A stretch of 64,000 nt of DNA from Bacteroidales bacterium (GCA_041737175.1 JBGSSF010000002.1:10348-74347); one strand, 5' to 3'; counted from the first letter of the stretch, positions 1 through 10,420 are shown. A program made the numbers and translations. The notes: a model not told the origin generated them from the letters alone.

Positions 1-1168
1 GGCCGTTTCACCTGCTTTGTCCAGTCATGCCACTTTTGAAGCGAATGCGCACAATGCTTGGCAATCCCTGGATCATCTGAATGCTCCCAAATATGACCAG
101 GTGGGCAAATACAATTATTTATGGAAGAACGGACGTCCCGATTATGAATTCAGGAGAACCGCGGCCATGATACAATCCGCCCAGGTAGATTCCTTTGTCC
201 GCCATGCCGCCCGATTTACCAAGGTAAATATCGGGTATCTTTTCACTTCCCCTACTGAGGGTATAAAACAATCTGTTGCCGCAGTATATACCTTGTGGCG
301 GTCCGCATGGTCAGCCCTCGAATCCGGTGTTTATGCGTTTGCGGATATGCTGGACCCTCAACTGATGCATATCAAGGCCTCGGTAAAAAATTATGCCCCG
401 GAGACCTGCCAGAATCTTTATGTGCAGGTCACGGTAATGGATGGCGGGAACACGGTTTATCAGAATATCCAGCCCCTGACAAATGCGCTTCCCCTGAATT
501 CTATGGTTGAAATGACCTGGAACATCCATGCAGACCAGAAGCGCAATTATATCATCCTGGCCGAGGTGGTTGGCGCATATAACAACACCCCCGACCTTCA
601 GTACGATTATAGTTCCTATTCGTACCAGCCTGTGAATCAGATTTTAATCCAGCCTTCGAATCAGGAACAGGGTGTGTTCGGTGATAATCAATGGTCGCCC
701 AGTAAATTCACAGGCTATATTTATTACCTGCCTGAAGGAGCGTCAAAACTTCCGGATTTTGCCAGGAAGTATGATGCAGGACCGATCTTTGCCGAGAGCT
801 TTAACATTCCGCAAAGGGCTTTTGAATCGGGTTTTCCGAATGTAAGCCAGTGTATTGAATGGTTTGCCTTGCGCTTTTCCGGCGATATCAGAATCTCAAA
901 CTCCCAGGCCGGGTACTACACCTTTAAACTCACCAGTGATGACGGTTCCAGGCTGATCATCGACAATGTAACTATTGTCAGCAATGACGGCGTGCATGGA
1001 ACGAAAGCGGAAATAGGGAGCGTATATCTCTCTCCGGGCAGACACGACATGACAATCGATTATTTCCAGGGTCCCCGTTTCTTTGTCGCCCTGATCCTGG
1101 AGGTGCAACCTCCCGGATCAACGGGTTTCCGCATATTCAAAAAGGGGGAATATTCGGTTGCGTTTTAA
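1..1168 (+). CDS. PA14-domain protein, 5'-truncated by the window edge; N-terminal part possibly Zn-dependent phospholipase C-like
   Basis: Frame is open back to the window start. C-terminal YTFKLTSDDGSRLIID...NDGVHG...IDYFQG is typical of PA14. HATFE near the start resembles the H-x-x-F/Y-E zinc motif of phospholipase C (weak). Confidence 0.6.
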   Translation, partial: AVSPALSSHATFEANAHNAWQSLDHLNAPKYDQVGKYNYLWKNGRPDYEFRRTAAMIQSAQVDSFVRHAARFTKVNIGYLFTSPTEGIKQSVAAVYTLWRSAWSALESGVYAFADMLDPQLMHIKASVKNYAPETCQNLYVQVTVMDGGNTVYQNIQPLTNALPLNSMVEMTWNIHADQKRNYIILAEVVGAYNNTPDLQYDYSSYSYQPVNQILIQPSNQEQGVFGDNQWSPSKFTGYIYYLPEGASKLPDFARKYDAGPIFAESFNIPQRAFESGFPNVSQCIEWFALRFSGDIRISNSQAGYYTFKLTSDDGSRLIIDNVTIVSNDGVHGTKAEIGSVYLSPGRHDMTIDYFQGPRFFVALILEVQPPGSTGFRIFKKGEYSVAF

Positions 1169-1229
1169 GATAAGGTAATAGTTGAAGACATGAACAGCGG
1201 TGAATCTGAATTTTGATATTATTGTGGGG

Positions 1230-1252
1230 AAGCGTAGTTGCAAACTACGCTT
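1230..1252. repeat. REP-like palindrome AAGCGTAGTT-GCA-AACTACGCTT
   Basis: Perfect 10-bp stem. The same arms occur at 51046/51323, and a half copy at 57556. Confidence 0.7.
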
Positions 1253-1331
1253 AGCTGGTGTAATTTACCTATCACAACCATCACAACTCTTAATTTCTCA
1301 CAATCCCATTCATAATTCATCATAATTCTTA

Positions 1332-1339
1332 TATCTTTG
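1332..1339 (+). promoter_or_regulatory. Putative Bacteroidota -7 promoter element (TATCTTTG) for ileS
   Basis: Matches TAnnTTTG about 50 nt upstream of the ileS ATG. Confidence 0.5.
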
Positions 1340-1386
1340 TACACCTTTTTATTTCGCTTTTTTACATTGTAATTGCTTGATAGATA

Positions 1387-4300
1387 ATGAGTAATAAATA
1401 TCCTGAATACAAGAGTTTCAGTTTGTCCGCGATCAACCGGGAGATTCTCAGCATATGGAATAAGGAGAAGACCTTTGAGAAAAGCCTGGAAGTCCGCCAG
1501 GGCCGTCCGCTGTACGTGTTTTACGAAGGGCCTCCTTCGGCCAACGGCATGCCCGGCATTCACCACGTGATCGCGCGCACCATCAAAGATATTTTTTGCC
1601 GTTACAAGACCATGAAGGGGTACCTGGTGGAACGCAAGGCCGGCTGGGATACCCATGGCCTCCCGGTGGAGCTGAAAGTGGAAACCTCACTGGGCATCAC
1701 CAAGGAGGACATCGGACAGAAGATCAGCATCACCGATTTCAACGCAAAATGCAAGAGCGATGTGATGACATACACCCGCGAATGGGAGGACCTCACGATG
1801 AAAATGGGGTACTGGGTGGACATGGAAAACCCCTACATCACTTACGACAACCGCTATATAGAGAGTCTGTGGTACCTGCTGAAGGAATTGTTCCGGAAGG
1901 GACTTTTGTACAAGGGCTATTCCATTCAACCTTATTCCCCCGCCGCCGGAACGGGACTGAGCACCCACGAGCTGAATCAGCCGGGTTGCTACCGCGATGT
2001 GAAAGACACCACCTGCGTGGCGCAGTTTGAGGCCATCCAGAATGCCAAATCGGAATTCCTTTTCAAGAACACTGATACGCCGGTGTATTTCCTGGCCTGG
2101 ACCACCACGCCGTGGACACTTCCTTCGAACACCGCGCTTGCCGTTGGTTCCAACATCACGTATCTGAAAGTGCGCACCTTCAATCCCTACACACTGGAGC
2201 CGGTGACGCTGGTACTGGCCAAAGACCTGCTGCACAATTACTTCCCCGAGAACAATCAGGCCATTGCCATCGAAGGATTTCAGCCCGGGGACAAACGCAT
2301 TCCCTATAAAGTTACAGGGCATTACCAGGGATCGGAACTGGAAGGCATTTCGTACCACCAGCTCATCAACTGGGTGAATCCCGGGGAAGGTGCTTTCCGC
2401 GTGCTCACCGGCGATTTTGTCACCACCGAGGACGGTACCGGCATTGTGCATATAGCGCCTACCTTCGGCGCCGACGACTTCAGGGTGGCCCGGAAATACG
2501 GGGTCCCCCCGCTGATGGTCACCGATATCAACCGTCACCAGGGGCCGCTGGTGGACAAGAAAGGCCGCTTCATACGGCTGGAGGACCTGGATCCGCAGTT
2601 CACCGCCGCTTCGGTGAATGTCGACGAATACCGGGAATTTGCCGGCCGATTCGTCAAGAATGACTACGATCCCGCGCTGAAGGATGACGATACCACGGTG
2701 GATGTCGATATCGCCGTGTACCTGAAGAAGAGCAACAAGGTTTTCCGCATCGAAAAGCATGTGCACAATTACCCGAACTGCTGGCGAACCGACAAGCCGG
2801 TGCTGTATTATCCGATGGACGCGTGGTTCATCAAAACCACCGCGCTGAAGGACAAGCTGATAGAACTGAACAACACCATCAACTGGAAACCCGAGTCCAC
2901 CGGTACAGGAAGGTTCGGGAAGTGGCTGGAGAACCTGGTCGACTGGAACCTGTCGCGTTCCCGCTACTGGGGCACGCCTTTACCTGTATGGATTACCGGG
3001 GACCAGCAGGAGAGCAAATGCATTGGTTCGGTGACGGAGCTGAAAGAAGAGATCGGGAAGGCCATCGCGGCCGGATTCATGAAGGATAATCCATTCAGGG
3101 ACTATACGGAAGGCGATTTCAGCAAGGCGAACTACGAAAAGTTCGACCTGCACCGGCCGTTTGTGGATGAGATATTCCTGGTCTCGGACACCGGGAAAAA
3201 GATGATCCGCGAGACGGACCTGATTGACGTATGGTTTGACTCGGGCGCCATGCCATATGCCCAGATGCACTATCCCTTTGCCATGAAAGGAAAGGAATTT
3301 GAAAAATACTACCCGGCCGATTTCATTGCTGAAGGCGTTGACCAGACACGCGGGTGGTTTTTCACCCTGCATGCCATTGCCGTAATGCTTTTTGACTCGG
3401 TGGCCTACAAAAATATCATCAGCAACGGACTTTGCCTCGACAAGAACGGGAACAAGATGTCGAAAAGGCTCGGCAACGCCGTGGATCCCTTTGATGTGAT
3501 CGCCCAGCACGGGTCGGACCCGCTGCGGTGGTACCTGATCACCAACGCCCAGCCGTGGGACAACCTCAAGTTCGACACCGACGGCGTGGATGAGGTGAAG
3601 CGCAAGTTTTTCGGCACCCTTTACAACACCTATTCCTTCTTCGCGCTGTATGCCAACGTCGACGGATTCGCCTACCGGGAGCCCGAAATACCCGTGCGGA
3701 AACGGCCGGAGATCGACCGGTGGATCATATCGCTGCTGAATTCGCTGGTGCGGGATGTGGAATCGTACTATGAAGACTATGAGCCCACCAAAGCCGGCAG
3801 AACCATCCAGGATTTTGTGACCGAAAACCTGAGCAACTGGTACGTGCGCCTGAACCGCAAGCGATACTGGGGCGGAGAATACAACGAGGACAAGCTGGCG
3901 GCCTACCAGACACTGTATACCTGTCTCATGACCGTGGCAAAAATATCAGCTCCCCTGGCACCCTTTTACATGGATAAGATCTACCGCGACATGAACCACA
4001 TGACCAAAAAGGACGATCAGCCGTCGGTTCACCTGGTGGAGTTTCCCAGGGCTGATCTTTCACTGATCGACAGCGAGCTGGAGGAAAAGATGGAGCTGGC
4101 CCAGAACATGTCGTCGATGGTGCTGGGACTGCGGAGGAAGGTCAACATCAAAGTGCGCCAGCCCCTGCAGAAGATCATGGTTCCCGTGCCCGACCCGGGT
4201 TTCATTGCCCGTTTCGAAGCTGTGAAGCCCCTGATCCTCAACGAAGTGAACGTGAAAGAGCTGGAATATCTCAAGGATACCTCGGGCATCCTGGTGAAGA

Positions 4301-4824
4301 AAATCAAGCCGAACTTCAAGCTTCTGGGACCCCGGTACGGCAAGCTGATGAAAGAGATCGCACAGGTCGTGAGCGGCTTCCGGCAGGAGGATATCGCCGC
4401 TTTTGAAGCGGCCGGTTCCTATGAGATCTCCGCGGGCGGTGAAAAGATCACCCTGCAGGCCGATGATGTGGAGATCACATCGGAAGACATCCCCGGATGG
4501 CTGGTGGCCAGTGAAGGCAGGCTCACCGTAGCCCTGGATCTGAACATTACGCAGGAGCTGAAAGACGAGGGCATTGCCAGGGAATTCGTGAACAGGATCC
4601 AGAACCTGAGGAAGGAAAGCGGATTTGAAGTAACCGACAAGATTGCCGTGGAGATCCAGCGGCATGAACTGATCGATTCCGCCGTGGAAAATTTCAGCGA
4701 TTATATTGCGGCGCAAACGCTGGCGAAATCGGTAAAGCTGGTGGACATGACAGACCTCTCCGATGCACAGCCGGTGGAGATCGATGAAAATGTACTGACC
4801 CACTTGCGCGTTAGTAAGATTTAG
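1387..4824 (+). CDS. ileS: Isoleucine--tRNA ligase (type 2)
   Basis: GPPSANGMPGIHH (HIGH), WTTTPWTLPSN, KMSKR motifs; 1145 aa. Confidence 0.97.
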   Translation: MSNKYPEYKSFSLSAINREILSIWNKEKTFEKSLEVRQGRPLYVFYEGPPSANGMPGIHHVIARTIKDIFCRYKTMKGYLVERKAGWDTHGLPVELKVETSLGITKEDIGQKISITDFNAKCKSDVMTYTREWEDLTMKMGYWVDMENPYITYDNRYIESLWYLLKELFRKGLLYKGYSIQPYSPAAGTGLSTHELNQPGCYRDVKDTTCVAQFEAIQNAKSEFLFKNTDTPVYFLAWTTTPWTLPSNTALAVGSNITYLKVRTFNPYTLEPVTLVLAKDLLHNYFPENNQAIAIEGFQPGDKRIPYKVTGHYQGSELEGISYHQLINWVNPGEGAFRVLTGDFVTTEDGTGIVHIAPTFGADDFRVARKYGVPPLMVTDINRHQGPLVDKKGRFIRLEDLDPQFTAASVNVDEYREFAGRFVKNDYDPALKDDDTTVDVDIAVYLKKSNKVFRIEKHVHNYPNCWRTDKPVLYYPMDAWFIKTTALKDKLIELNNTINWKPESTGTGRFGKWLENLVDWNLSRSRYWGTPLPVWITGDQQESKCIGSVTELKEEIGKAIAAGFMKDNPFRDYTEGDFSKANYEKFDLHRPFVDEIFLVSDTGKKMIRETDLIDVWFDSGAMPYAQMHYPFAMKGKEFEKYYPADFIAEGVDQTRGWFFTLHAIAVMLFDSVAYKNIISNGLCLDKNGNKMSKRLGNAVDPFDVIAQHGSDPLRWYLITNAQPWDNLKFDTDGVDEVKRKFFGTLYNTYSFFALYANVDGFAYREPEIPVRKRPEIDRWIISLLNSLVRDVESYYEDYEPTKAGRTIQDFVTENLSNWYVRLNRKRYWGGEYNEDKLAAYQTLYTCLMTVAKISAPLAPFYMDKIYRDMNHMTKKDDQPSVHLVEFPRADLSLIDSELEEKMELAQNMSSMVLGLRRKVNIKVRQPLQKIMVPVPDPGFIARFEAVKPLILNEVNVKELEYLKDTSGILVKKIKPNFKLLGPRYGKLMKEIAQVVSGFRQEDIAAFEAAGSYEISAGGEKITLQADDVEITSEDIPGWLVASEGRLTVALDLNITQELKDEGIAREFVNRIQNLRKESGFEVTDKIAVEIQRHELIDSAVENFSDYIAAQTLAKSVKLVDMTDLSDAQPVEIDENVLTHLRVSKI

Positions 4825-4886
4825 GGAACTAATGTTTTTCCTAACCATTTTTTTATTACATTTAGAAATACTAAAAACCCAGAGTT

Positions 4887-5264
4887 ATGTCAGAAAAGAC
4901 AAGGTATTCCGATGAAGAACTCGAGGAGTTCAGAAAGATCATACTGGATAAGCTCGATCAGGCGAAGAAGGATTTTGATCTCCTGAAAAGTGCTATCACA
5001 CAGAGCGAAAGCAATGACACGCAAGATACCTCACCTACATTCAAGGTTCTCGAAGAAGGCGCAGCCACCCTCTCGAAAGAAGAGGCCGGAAGGCTTGCCC
5101 AGCGGCAGCAGAAATTCATTCAGCATTTGCAGGGCGCGCTGGTGAGGATCGAGAACAAGACCTACGGCATCTGCCGCGAGACCGGCAAGCTCATCTCCAA
5201 GGAAAGGTTGAGGGCTGTTCCGCATGCCACGCTTTCGATAGATGCCAAGCAGAAACAGCGTTGA
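4887..5264 (+). CDS. TraR/DksA family transcriptional regulator
   Basis: Coiled coil plus YGICRETGKLISKERLRAVPHATLSI; usual ileS-dksA-lspA context in Bacteroidota. Confidence 0.9.
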   Translation: MSEKTRYSDEELEEFRKIILDKLDQAKKDFDLLKSAITQSESNDTQDTSPTFKVLEEGAATLSKEEAGRLAQRQQKFIQHLQGALVRIENKTYGICRETGKLISKERLRAVPHATLSIDAKQKQR

Positions 5265-5274
5265 TCAGCGGTTT

Positions 5275-5970
5275 ATGAAGATTCCCAACGGCGTTAAGGC
5301 CTTATTGCTGATCGTGCTTGTACTGGCTGTTGATCAGATCGTAAAGTTCCATATCAAGACCTCCATGACCCTGGGGGAAAGCATTTATGTGCTGGGCAAC
5401 TGGTTCCAGATCCGTTTCATCGAAAACCCGGGCATGGCATTTGGTTTGGATATTCCCGGCAAATGGGGCAAACCCCTGCTCACGATTTTCAGGATCATCG
5501 CCGTGATCGTGATCGGCTGGTACCTGAGGCAACTGGTGCTCAAAAAGGTGAGCACCGGGCTCATCCTATGCGTGGCTCTGATCTTTGCAGGCGCTACAGG
5601 CAATATCATCGACAGCGTTTTTTACGGACGCATATTCAACGAAAGCACCTATTTCACCGTGGCATCGCTGTTCCCTGAAGAAGGCGGCTATGCCCCCCTG
5701 CTTTACGGCAAGGTGGTGGACATGCTTTACTTCCCCGTTATACACGGGCATTACCCGCAATGGTTCCCCGGCAGGGCAGGAGAAGAGTTCATCTTTTTCA
5801 GGCCCATTTTCAACCTCGCGGACACCTCCATCACCACCGGGATCCTGACGATACTGGTGTTTCAGAAGAGGTTTTTTCACCATCAATTGGAAGAGGGACA
5901 AGGGACGAGGGACGAGGGACAAGGAGAAGCGGCAGTGGATGGGGCAGAGGAAGTGAACCGTAAACAGTAA
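5275..5970 (+). CDS. lspA: Lipoprotein signal peptidase II; C-terminal tail is repeat-encoded
   Basis: DQIVK, NPGMAFG, GNIID, VVDM, FNLAD motifs. ATG 5275 preferred over 5242. Confidence 0.93.
   Translation: MKIPNGVKALLLIVLVLAVDQIVKFHIKTSMTLGESIYVLGNWFQIRFIENPGMAFGLDIPGKWGKPLLTIFRIIAVIVIGWYLRQLVLKKVSTGLILCVALIFAGATGNIIDSVFYGRIFNESTYFTVASLFPEEGGYAPLLYGKVVDMLYFPVIHGHYPQWFPGRAGEEFIFFRPIFNLADTSITTGILTILVFQKRFFHHQLEEGQGTRDEGQGEAAVDGAEEVNRKQ
5894..5924 (+). repeat. 7-mer AGGGAC(A/G) x4 inside the lspA 3' end
   Basis: AGGGACA AGGGACG AGGGACG AGGGACA; same unit as at 10254 and 21131. Confidence 0.85.
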
Positions 5971-6003
5971 AAAGTAAAAGGTAAACAGTAAGAAGTAAAC
6001 AGT
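5953..6003. repeat. 7-mer GTAAA(C/A)(A/G) array, downstream arm of cassette 1
   Basis: About 6-7 units; contains the lspA stop codon; inverted relative to 6432-6522. Confidence 0.9.
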
Positions 6004-6023
6004 TGCAGGCTAGTATTATAAAG

Positions 6024-6401
6024 TCATGTCTGACAAAATAAATGAGCCTTATCCATCATGGTTTTGAGCATTTTACCAACAGACAGACAGAAATCCACTA
6101 ATGCAATTTTTTCATTTTCGTTTAAATATTCACATTCTGAAGCGATTTCAATCCAATGTCTGGTTTCATATTGTTCTGAATCTGCATCAGACAATTTTGA
6201 AATGAAATGCCTTTCATATTTACGCTTTCCCCAGGCTTCTGCAATCTGTGCCCCGATGGATCTGGAAGAGCGTCTTATTTGATCAGTCAAAGAAAATCTT
6301 TCTTCTGCTGGAAATTTTTGACTTAATTCAAATATGGCTTTTGATAATTTTCTTGACGTTATATACACATCCAATTCGGTATAACTTCTAACATAACTCA
6401 T
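6024..6401 (-). CDS. Four helix bundle protein (TIGR02436 / 23S rRNA IVP family), copy 1
   Basis: L.VY...FP.EE.FSLTDQIRRSSRSI.AQIAEAW..R.Y..HF.SKL family signature; 125 aa; AT-rich. Confidence 0.93.
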   Translation of the reverse strand: MSYVRSYTELDVYITSRKLSKAIFELSQKFPAEERFSLTDQIRRSSRSIGAQIAEAWGKRKYERHFISKLSDADSEQYETRHWIEIASECEYLNENEKIALVDFCLSVGKMLKTMMDKAHLFCQT

Positions 6402-6431
6402 TGCTTCTAACTTTTAAATAACTATTGTTAC

Positions 6432-6522
6432 ATTCTACTTTTTACTTTTCACCTTTTACCTTTTACTTTTTACTGTTCACTTTTTACCTTTTACTGTTTA
6501 CTTTTTACTGTTTACCTGTTAC
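6432..6522. repeat. 7-mer (T/C)(T/G)TTTAC array, upstream arm of cassette 1
   Basis: About 12-13 units ending next to the yraN stop; reverse complement of the 5953-6003 unit. Confidence 0.9.
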
Positions 6523-6523
6523 C

Positions 6524-6886
6524 CTACCTCGCCACCGGGTGAAAAGCTTCCTTGACATGTTCCACCACGGTGCGGCTGTGGTCGATGATGATGGAGACGA
6601 TGTCGAAACGGACGTCGAGGTCGAGGTTGTGGCTGAAGATGTACCGCTCGGCGGCGAATATCAGGGAGCGCTGCTTGCGGAAGTCCACAGCGGTGTAGGG
6701 TTCACCCCAGGAATTTCCAGTGCGGGTTTTCACTTCGGCAATCACCAGCTGATCCCTGTCGCGCGCAATGATGTCGACTTCGGTGTGTTTGAAACGCCAG
6801 TTGCGTTCGAGGATCTCATACCCTTCCTCCAGTAAATATTCAACGGCGAGGTTCTCGCCCTGCTTGCCAAAACTGATATTGTCCAT
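6524..6886 (-). CDS. YraN family protein (UPF0102)
   Basis: G..GE..A..YL...GY.ILERNWR...EVDIIA...EVKTR, RFDIV. Confidence 0.92.
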   Translation of the reverse strand: MDNISFGKQGENLAVEYLLEEGYEILERNWRFKHTEVDIIARDRDQLVIAEVKTRTGNSWGEPYTAVDFRKQRSLIFAAERYIFSHNLDLDVRFDIVSIIIDHSRTVVEHVKEAFHPVAR

Positions 6887-6916
6887 AACGTATTGTTATT
6901 ATTGTTTCAAATAATG

Positions 6917-6966
6917 CTTCGACTCCGCTCAGCATGACACGCCAGTCACCCTGAGCGGAGTCGAAG
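6917..6966. repeat. REP-like hairpin, family A, minimal copy
   Basis: CTTCGACTCCGCTCAGCATGAC-ACGCCA-GTCACCCTGAGCGGAGTCGAAG; 22-bp near-perfect arms. Confidence 0.9.
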
Positions 6967-6971
6967 GGCGC

Positions 6972-7874
6972 TCAGAAGGTCATCCTGCAACCCTTATCCC
7001 CTACTTCCAGTCTCACCTCCCTCCCCAACACCAGACTCAGGTTCGGGTTGCCGTGGCCGGCGGGAAAGCCGAACATGACCGGGTAACCCTGGCCGGCAAC
7101 CGCTTCAAGGATGATTTCATGGGCCGGTTTGCGGAAGCCTGATGGAGATGTTTTCATGTTGAGCATACCTCCCACGATCAGGGCCTGCAATCCTTCGAGC
7201 TTACCCCGCAGTTTCAGGTTCATGATCATGCGGTCGATGTGGTAGAGGTATTCGCCCAGGTCCTCGATGAACAATATCTTTCCCCGGGTATCCAGGTCCA
7301 TGCAGGTACCGGTCATGCTGTACAGCACCGACAGGTTTCCGCCGATCAGGATGCCTTCCGCCGTGCCAGGAATGTTCAGGCGGTGAGGCCGGAGGGTATA
7401 TTCCTTCAGTTCGCCGAACAGCACCGAGCGTAAGGAATCAAAAGAGGCGACGTCGGGCACGGCAGGGGGGATGGCACGGAGCATGGCGCCATGCAGGCTT
7501 TCGGTTCCCAGGCATTGCTGCATGAAGGCATGGATGATGGTGATATCGCTGTAACCAACGATCCATTTGGGATGTTGGAGGAAGTTGCCGAACCTGAGCC
7601 TGTCGATGATGCGGATGCTGCCATAGCCGCCACGGGCGCACAGAATGGCGCGGATACGGGGATCATCGAGCATGTCCTGGAAATCCGCCGCGCGCTGGTT
7701 ATCGGTGCCGGCAAAGGAATTGCGCCGTTTGAACAGATGTTTGCCGAACACCGCGTGCAGACCCCAGGAACGGAGGATGTCGACGGCCGGCTGGATTTCC
7801 TGCTCGGCGAGACATCCTGCAGGCGCCGTAATCCCTACGGTATCACCCGGGCGGAGGCTGGGGGGCTGGATCAT
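6972..7874 (-). CDS. LD-carboxypeptidase (peptidase S66)
   Basis: ARGGYG, GYSDIT, GGNLS, FIED, GH motifs. Confidence 0.92.
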   Translation of the reverse strand: MIQPPSLRPGDTVGITAPAGCLAEQEIQPAVDILRSWGLHAVFGKHLFKRRNSFAGTDNQRAADFQDMLDDPRIRAILCARGGYGSIRIIDRLRFGNFLQHPKWIVGYSDITIIHAFMQQCLGTESLHGAMLRAIPPAVPDVASFDSLRSVLFGELKEYTLRPHRLNIPGTAEGILIGGNLSVLYSMTGTCMDLDTRGKILFIEDLGEYLYHIDRMIMNLKLRGKLEGLQALIVGGMLNMKTSPSGFRKPAHEIILEAVAGQGYPVMFGFPAGHGNPNLSLVLGREVRLEVGDKGCRMTF

Positions 7875-7910
7875 GATGACGTATTTGGTTTGAAATAATG
7901 GGGTTTTGAA

Positions 7911-7918
7911 TATATTTG
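7911..7918 (+). promoter_or_regulatory. Putative -7 promoter element (TATATTTG) upstream of metG
   Basis: TAnnTTTG match followed by CA. Confidence 0.45.
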
Positions 7919-7964
7919 CAAGGACTAAATATAATGAATTTCTATAAATTTTTGTAATACGATG

Positions 7965-8182
7965 CTTCGACTCCGCTCAGCATGACACGCCAGTCATAGC
8001 TCAGCATGACACGCCAGTCATAGCTCAGCATGACACGCCAGTCATAGCTCAGCATGACACGCCAGTCATAGCTCAGCATGACACGCCAGTCATAGCTCAG
8101 CATGGCACACCAGTCATAGCTCAGCATGACACGCCAGTCATAGCTCAGCATGACACGCCAGTCATCCTGAGCGGAGTCGAAG
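7965..8182. repeat. REP-like hairpin family A with an internal 24-bp unit repeated about 8 times
   Basis: Arms CTTCGACTCCGCTCAG / CTGAGCGGAGTCGAAG enclose GCTCAGCATGACACGCCAGTCATA x8 (7975-8165; one variant unit). Confidence 0.92.
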
Positions 8183-8214
8183 GATAATAATCAACTATTA
8201 TTTTACACCATAAA

Positions 8215-10248
8215 ATGTCCAAAAACTTTAAACGTCATCTCATCACCGCCGCCCTTCCCTATGCCAACGGGCCGGTACACATCGGGCACCTGGCCGGGGT
8301 TTACGTGCCGGCTGACATTTATGTCCGTTATCTCCGGCTGCGCGGAGAGGATGTCCTGTTCATCTGCGGGTCGGATGAGCACGGCGTGCCCATCACCATC
8401 AAAGCCCGCCAGGAAAAGGTAAGTCCCAGGGATATCGTGGATAAATACCACACCATGATCCGGGATTCCTTCGCGGAATTTGGCATTTCGTTCAGCATTT
8501 ATTCGAGGACCACATCGGAGACGCATTACAGGACTGCTTCGGAATTCTTTCGCACGTTGTATGACCGGGGTGACTTCATTGAGAAGACCACCCGGCAGTA
8601 TTATGACGAGGAGGTGAAGCAATTCCTGGCCGACCGGTATATAACAGGCACCTGCCCCCATTGCGGCAATGACAGCGCCTATGGCGACCAATGCGAGAAG
8701 TGCGGCACATCGCTGAATGCCACCGACCTCATCCATCCCCGTTCTACCATCAGCGGAAGTCAGCCGGTAATGAGAGACACGCTGCACTGGTTTCTGCCGC
8801 TGGACAAATATGAGCCTTTCCTCCGGAAGTGGATACTCGAAGAGAACAAAGATTGGAAATCCAATGTATACGGGCAGTGCAAATCGTGGCTCGATGCGGG
8901 ATTGCAGCCGCGCGCGGTGAGCCGTGACCTCGACTGGGGCATTCCCGTACCAGTGGAAGGGGCAACCGGCAAGGTGCTGTATGTGTGGTTTGATGCGCCC
9001 ATCGGATATATCTCGGCAACACGCGAACTGACTCCCGACTGGGAAAAGTACTGGAAGGACAAGGAAACCAGGATGATCCATTTCATCGGGAAGGACAACA
9101 TCGTGTTTCACTGCATCATCTTCCCGGCCATGCTGAAGGCCGAGGGAAGCTATATCCTCCCCGACAATGTGCCGGCCAATGAATTTCTGAATCTCGAAGG
9201 TGACAAGATATCCACGTCGCGCAACTGGGCGGTGTGGCTCCATGAATACCTGCAGGATTTCCCGGGCAAGCAGGACGTGCTGCGTTATGTGTTGTGCGCG
9301 ACGATGCCCGAAACCAAGGACAATGATTTCACCTGGAAGGATTTCCAGTCGCGCAACAACAATGAGCTCGTTGCCGTGCTGGGCAATTTCGTGAACCGTT
9401 CGCTGGTGCTGACGCAGAAATATTTCGGGGGGAAGGTGCCGGAGGCAGCGGCGCTCACGGAAAGCGACAGGGAAACCCTGGCGGAGATTCCCCGGCTTAA
9501 AGAGGCCGTGGAATACAACCTGGAGAATTTCAGGTTCCGGGATGCATTGAAGGCTGCCATGGACATGGCCCGGCTGGGCAACAAGTACCTGGCGGACGGC
9601 GAGCCCTGGATACTGATCAAGACCGATCCCTTGCGCACGGGCACCATACTGAACATTGCCCTGCAGATCACGGCCAACCTGGCCATCATCACGGAGCCCT
9701 TCCTGCCCCTGTCGGCCAAAAAGATCGCCGGTTTCACCGGCAGGAGCGACATGAAATGGCAGGATGCCGGCCAGTCGGATTTGCTGGAGGCAGGACACAA
9801 GCTGGGTGAGCCCTCCCTGCTGTTTGAGAAAATTGAAGATGAGGCTGTGGAAAATCAGCTTCAGAAACTGCAGAAAACCAAAGAGGCCAACCAGAACAAG
9901 TCGGCCGCCAAGCCGCAGAAGGAGAATATCAGCTACGATGATTTTGCGCGGATGGATATCCGGATCGGGACCATCCTGGAAGCGGTGAAGGTACCCAAGA
10001 CCAAAAAGCTGATGCAGCTGAAGATCGATACCGGCATTGATGTGCGCACCGTGGTATCAGGAATCTCCGAATATTTTGAACCCGGGGTGCTGATCGGCAA
10101 GCAGATCTGCCTGCTGGCCAACCTGGAGCCTCGCGAGATCAAGGGTATTCAATCGCAGGGCATGATATTGCTGGCGGAAGACGCCTCGGGGAAGCTGGTG
10201 TTTGTGACACCGGAGGAAGCAACGAAGGTTGGATCGGAAGTGAAATAG
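8215..10248 (+). CDS. metG: Methionine--tRNA ligase
   Basis: [13 protein letters not shown], Zn knuckle CPHC/CEKC, KISTS, C-terminal tRNA-binding domain. Confidence 0.97.
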   Translation: MSKNFKRHLITAALPYANGPVHIGHLAGVYVPADIYVRYLRLRGEDVLFICGSDEHGVPITIKARQEKVSPRDIVDKYHTMIRDSFAEFGISFSIYSRTTSETHYRTASEFFRTLYDRGDFIEKTTRQYYDEEVKQFLADRYITGTCPHCGNDSAYGDQCEKCGTSLNATDLIHPRSTISGSQPVMRDTLHWFLPLDKYEPFLRKWILEENKDWKSNVYGQCKSWLDAGLQPRAVSRDLDWGIPVPVEGATGKVLYVWFDAPIGYISATRELTPDWEKYWKDKETRMIHFIGKDNIVFHCIIFPAMLKAEGSYILPDNVPANEFLNLEGDKISTSRNWAVWLHEYLQDFPGKQDVLRYVLCATMPETKDNDFTWKDFQSRNNNELVAVLGNFVNRSLVLTQKYFGGKVPEAAALTESDRETLAEIPRLKEAVEYNLENFRFRDALKAAMDMARLGNKYLADGEPWILIKTDPLRTGTILNIALQITANLAIITEPFLPLSAKKIAGFTGRSDMKWQDAGQSDLLEAGHKLGEPSLLFEKIEDEAVENQLQKLQKTKEANQNKSAAKPQKENISYDDFARMDIRIGTILEAVKVPKTKKLMQLKIDTGIDVRTVVSGISEYFEPGVLIGKQICLLANLEPREIKGIQSQGMILLAEDASGKLVFVTPEEATKVGSEVK

Positions 10249-10253
10249 AAATC

Positions 10254-10384
10254 AGGGACGAGGGACAAGGGACAAGGGACGAGGAAAAACAGAAGCAGCA
10301 GTAGCAGCGGCAGCAGCAGATAGGGCATGCTCCGGACTCCAAACCCAAGACAAACTTGTCCCTCGTCCCTTGTCCCTTGTCCCT
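10254..10384. repeat. Gene-less two-armed cassette: AGGGAC(G/A) x4 / GCA-rich run plus core / T(T/C)GTCCC x4
   Basis: Inverted 7-mer arms at 10254-10284 and 10356-10384, just after the metG stop. Confidence 0.88.
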
Positions 10385-10420
10385 TTTCTTTATATATTTG
10401 TTTCAAATTAACCACAGGTC

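Noticed and set aside
1271-1330. ATCACAACC-like x2 and TCATAAT remnants; also GAGCC(T/G) repeats near 15095-15140
   Set aside because: They may be decayed arrays, but are too short to distinguish from chance.
7942-8151. ORF with MLSYDWRV repeats
   Set aside because: It is simply the translation of the 24-bp tandem repeat, with no independent coding evidence.
7975-8165. CRISPR array
   Set aside because: The 24-bp units are directly adjacent with no unique spacers, there are no cas genes, and the unit derives from a REP-like hairpin.
1687-9798. Long antisense ORFs (359, 262 and 531 aa) opposite ileS and metG
   Set aside because: Shadow ORFs from GC-rich codon bias, with no recognisable motifs.
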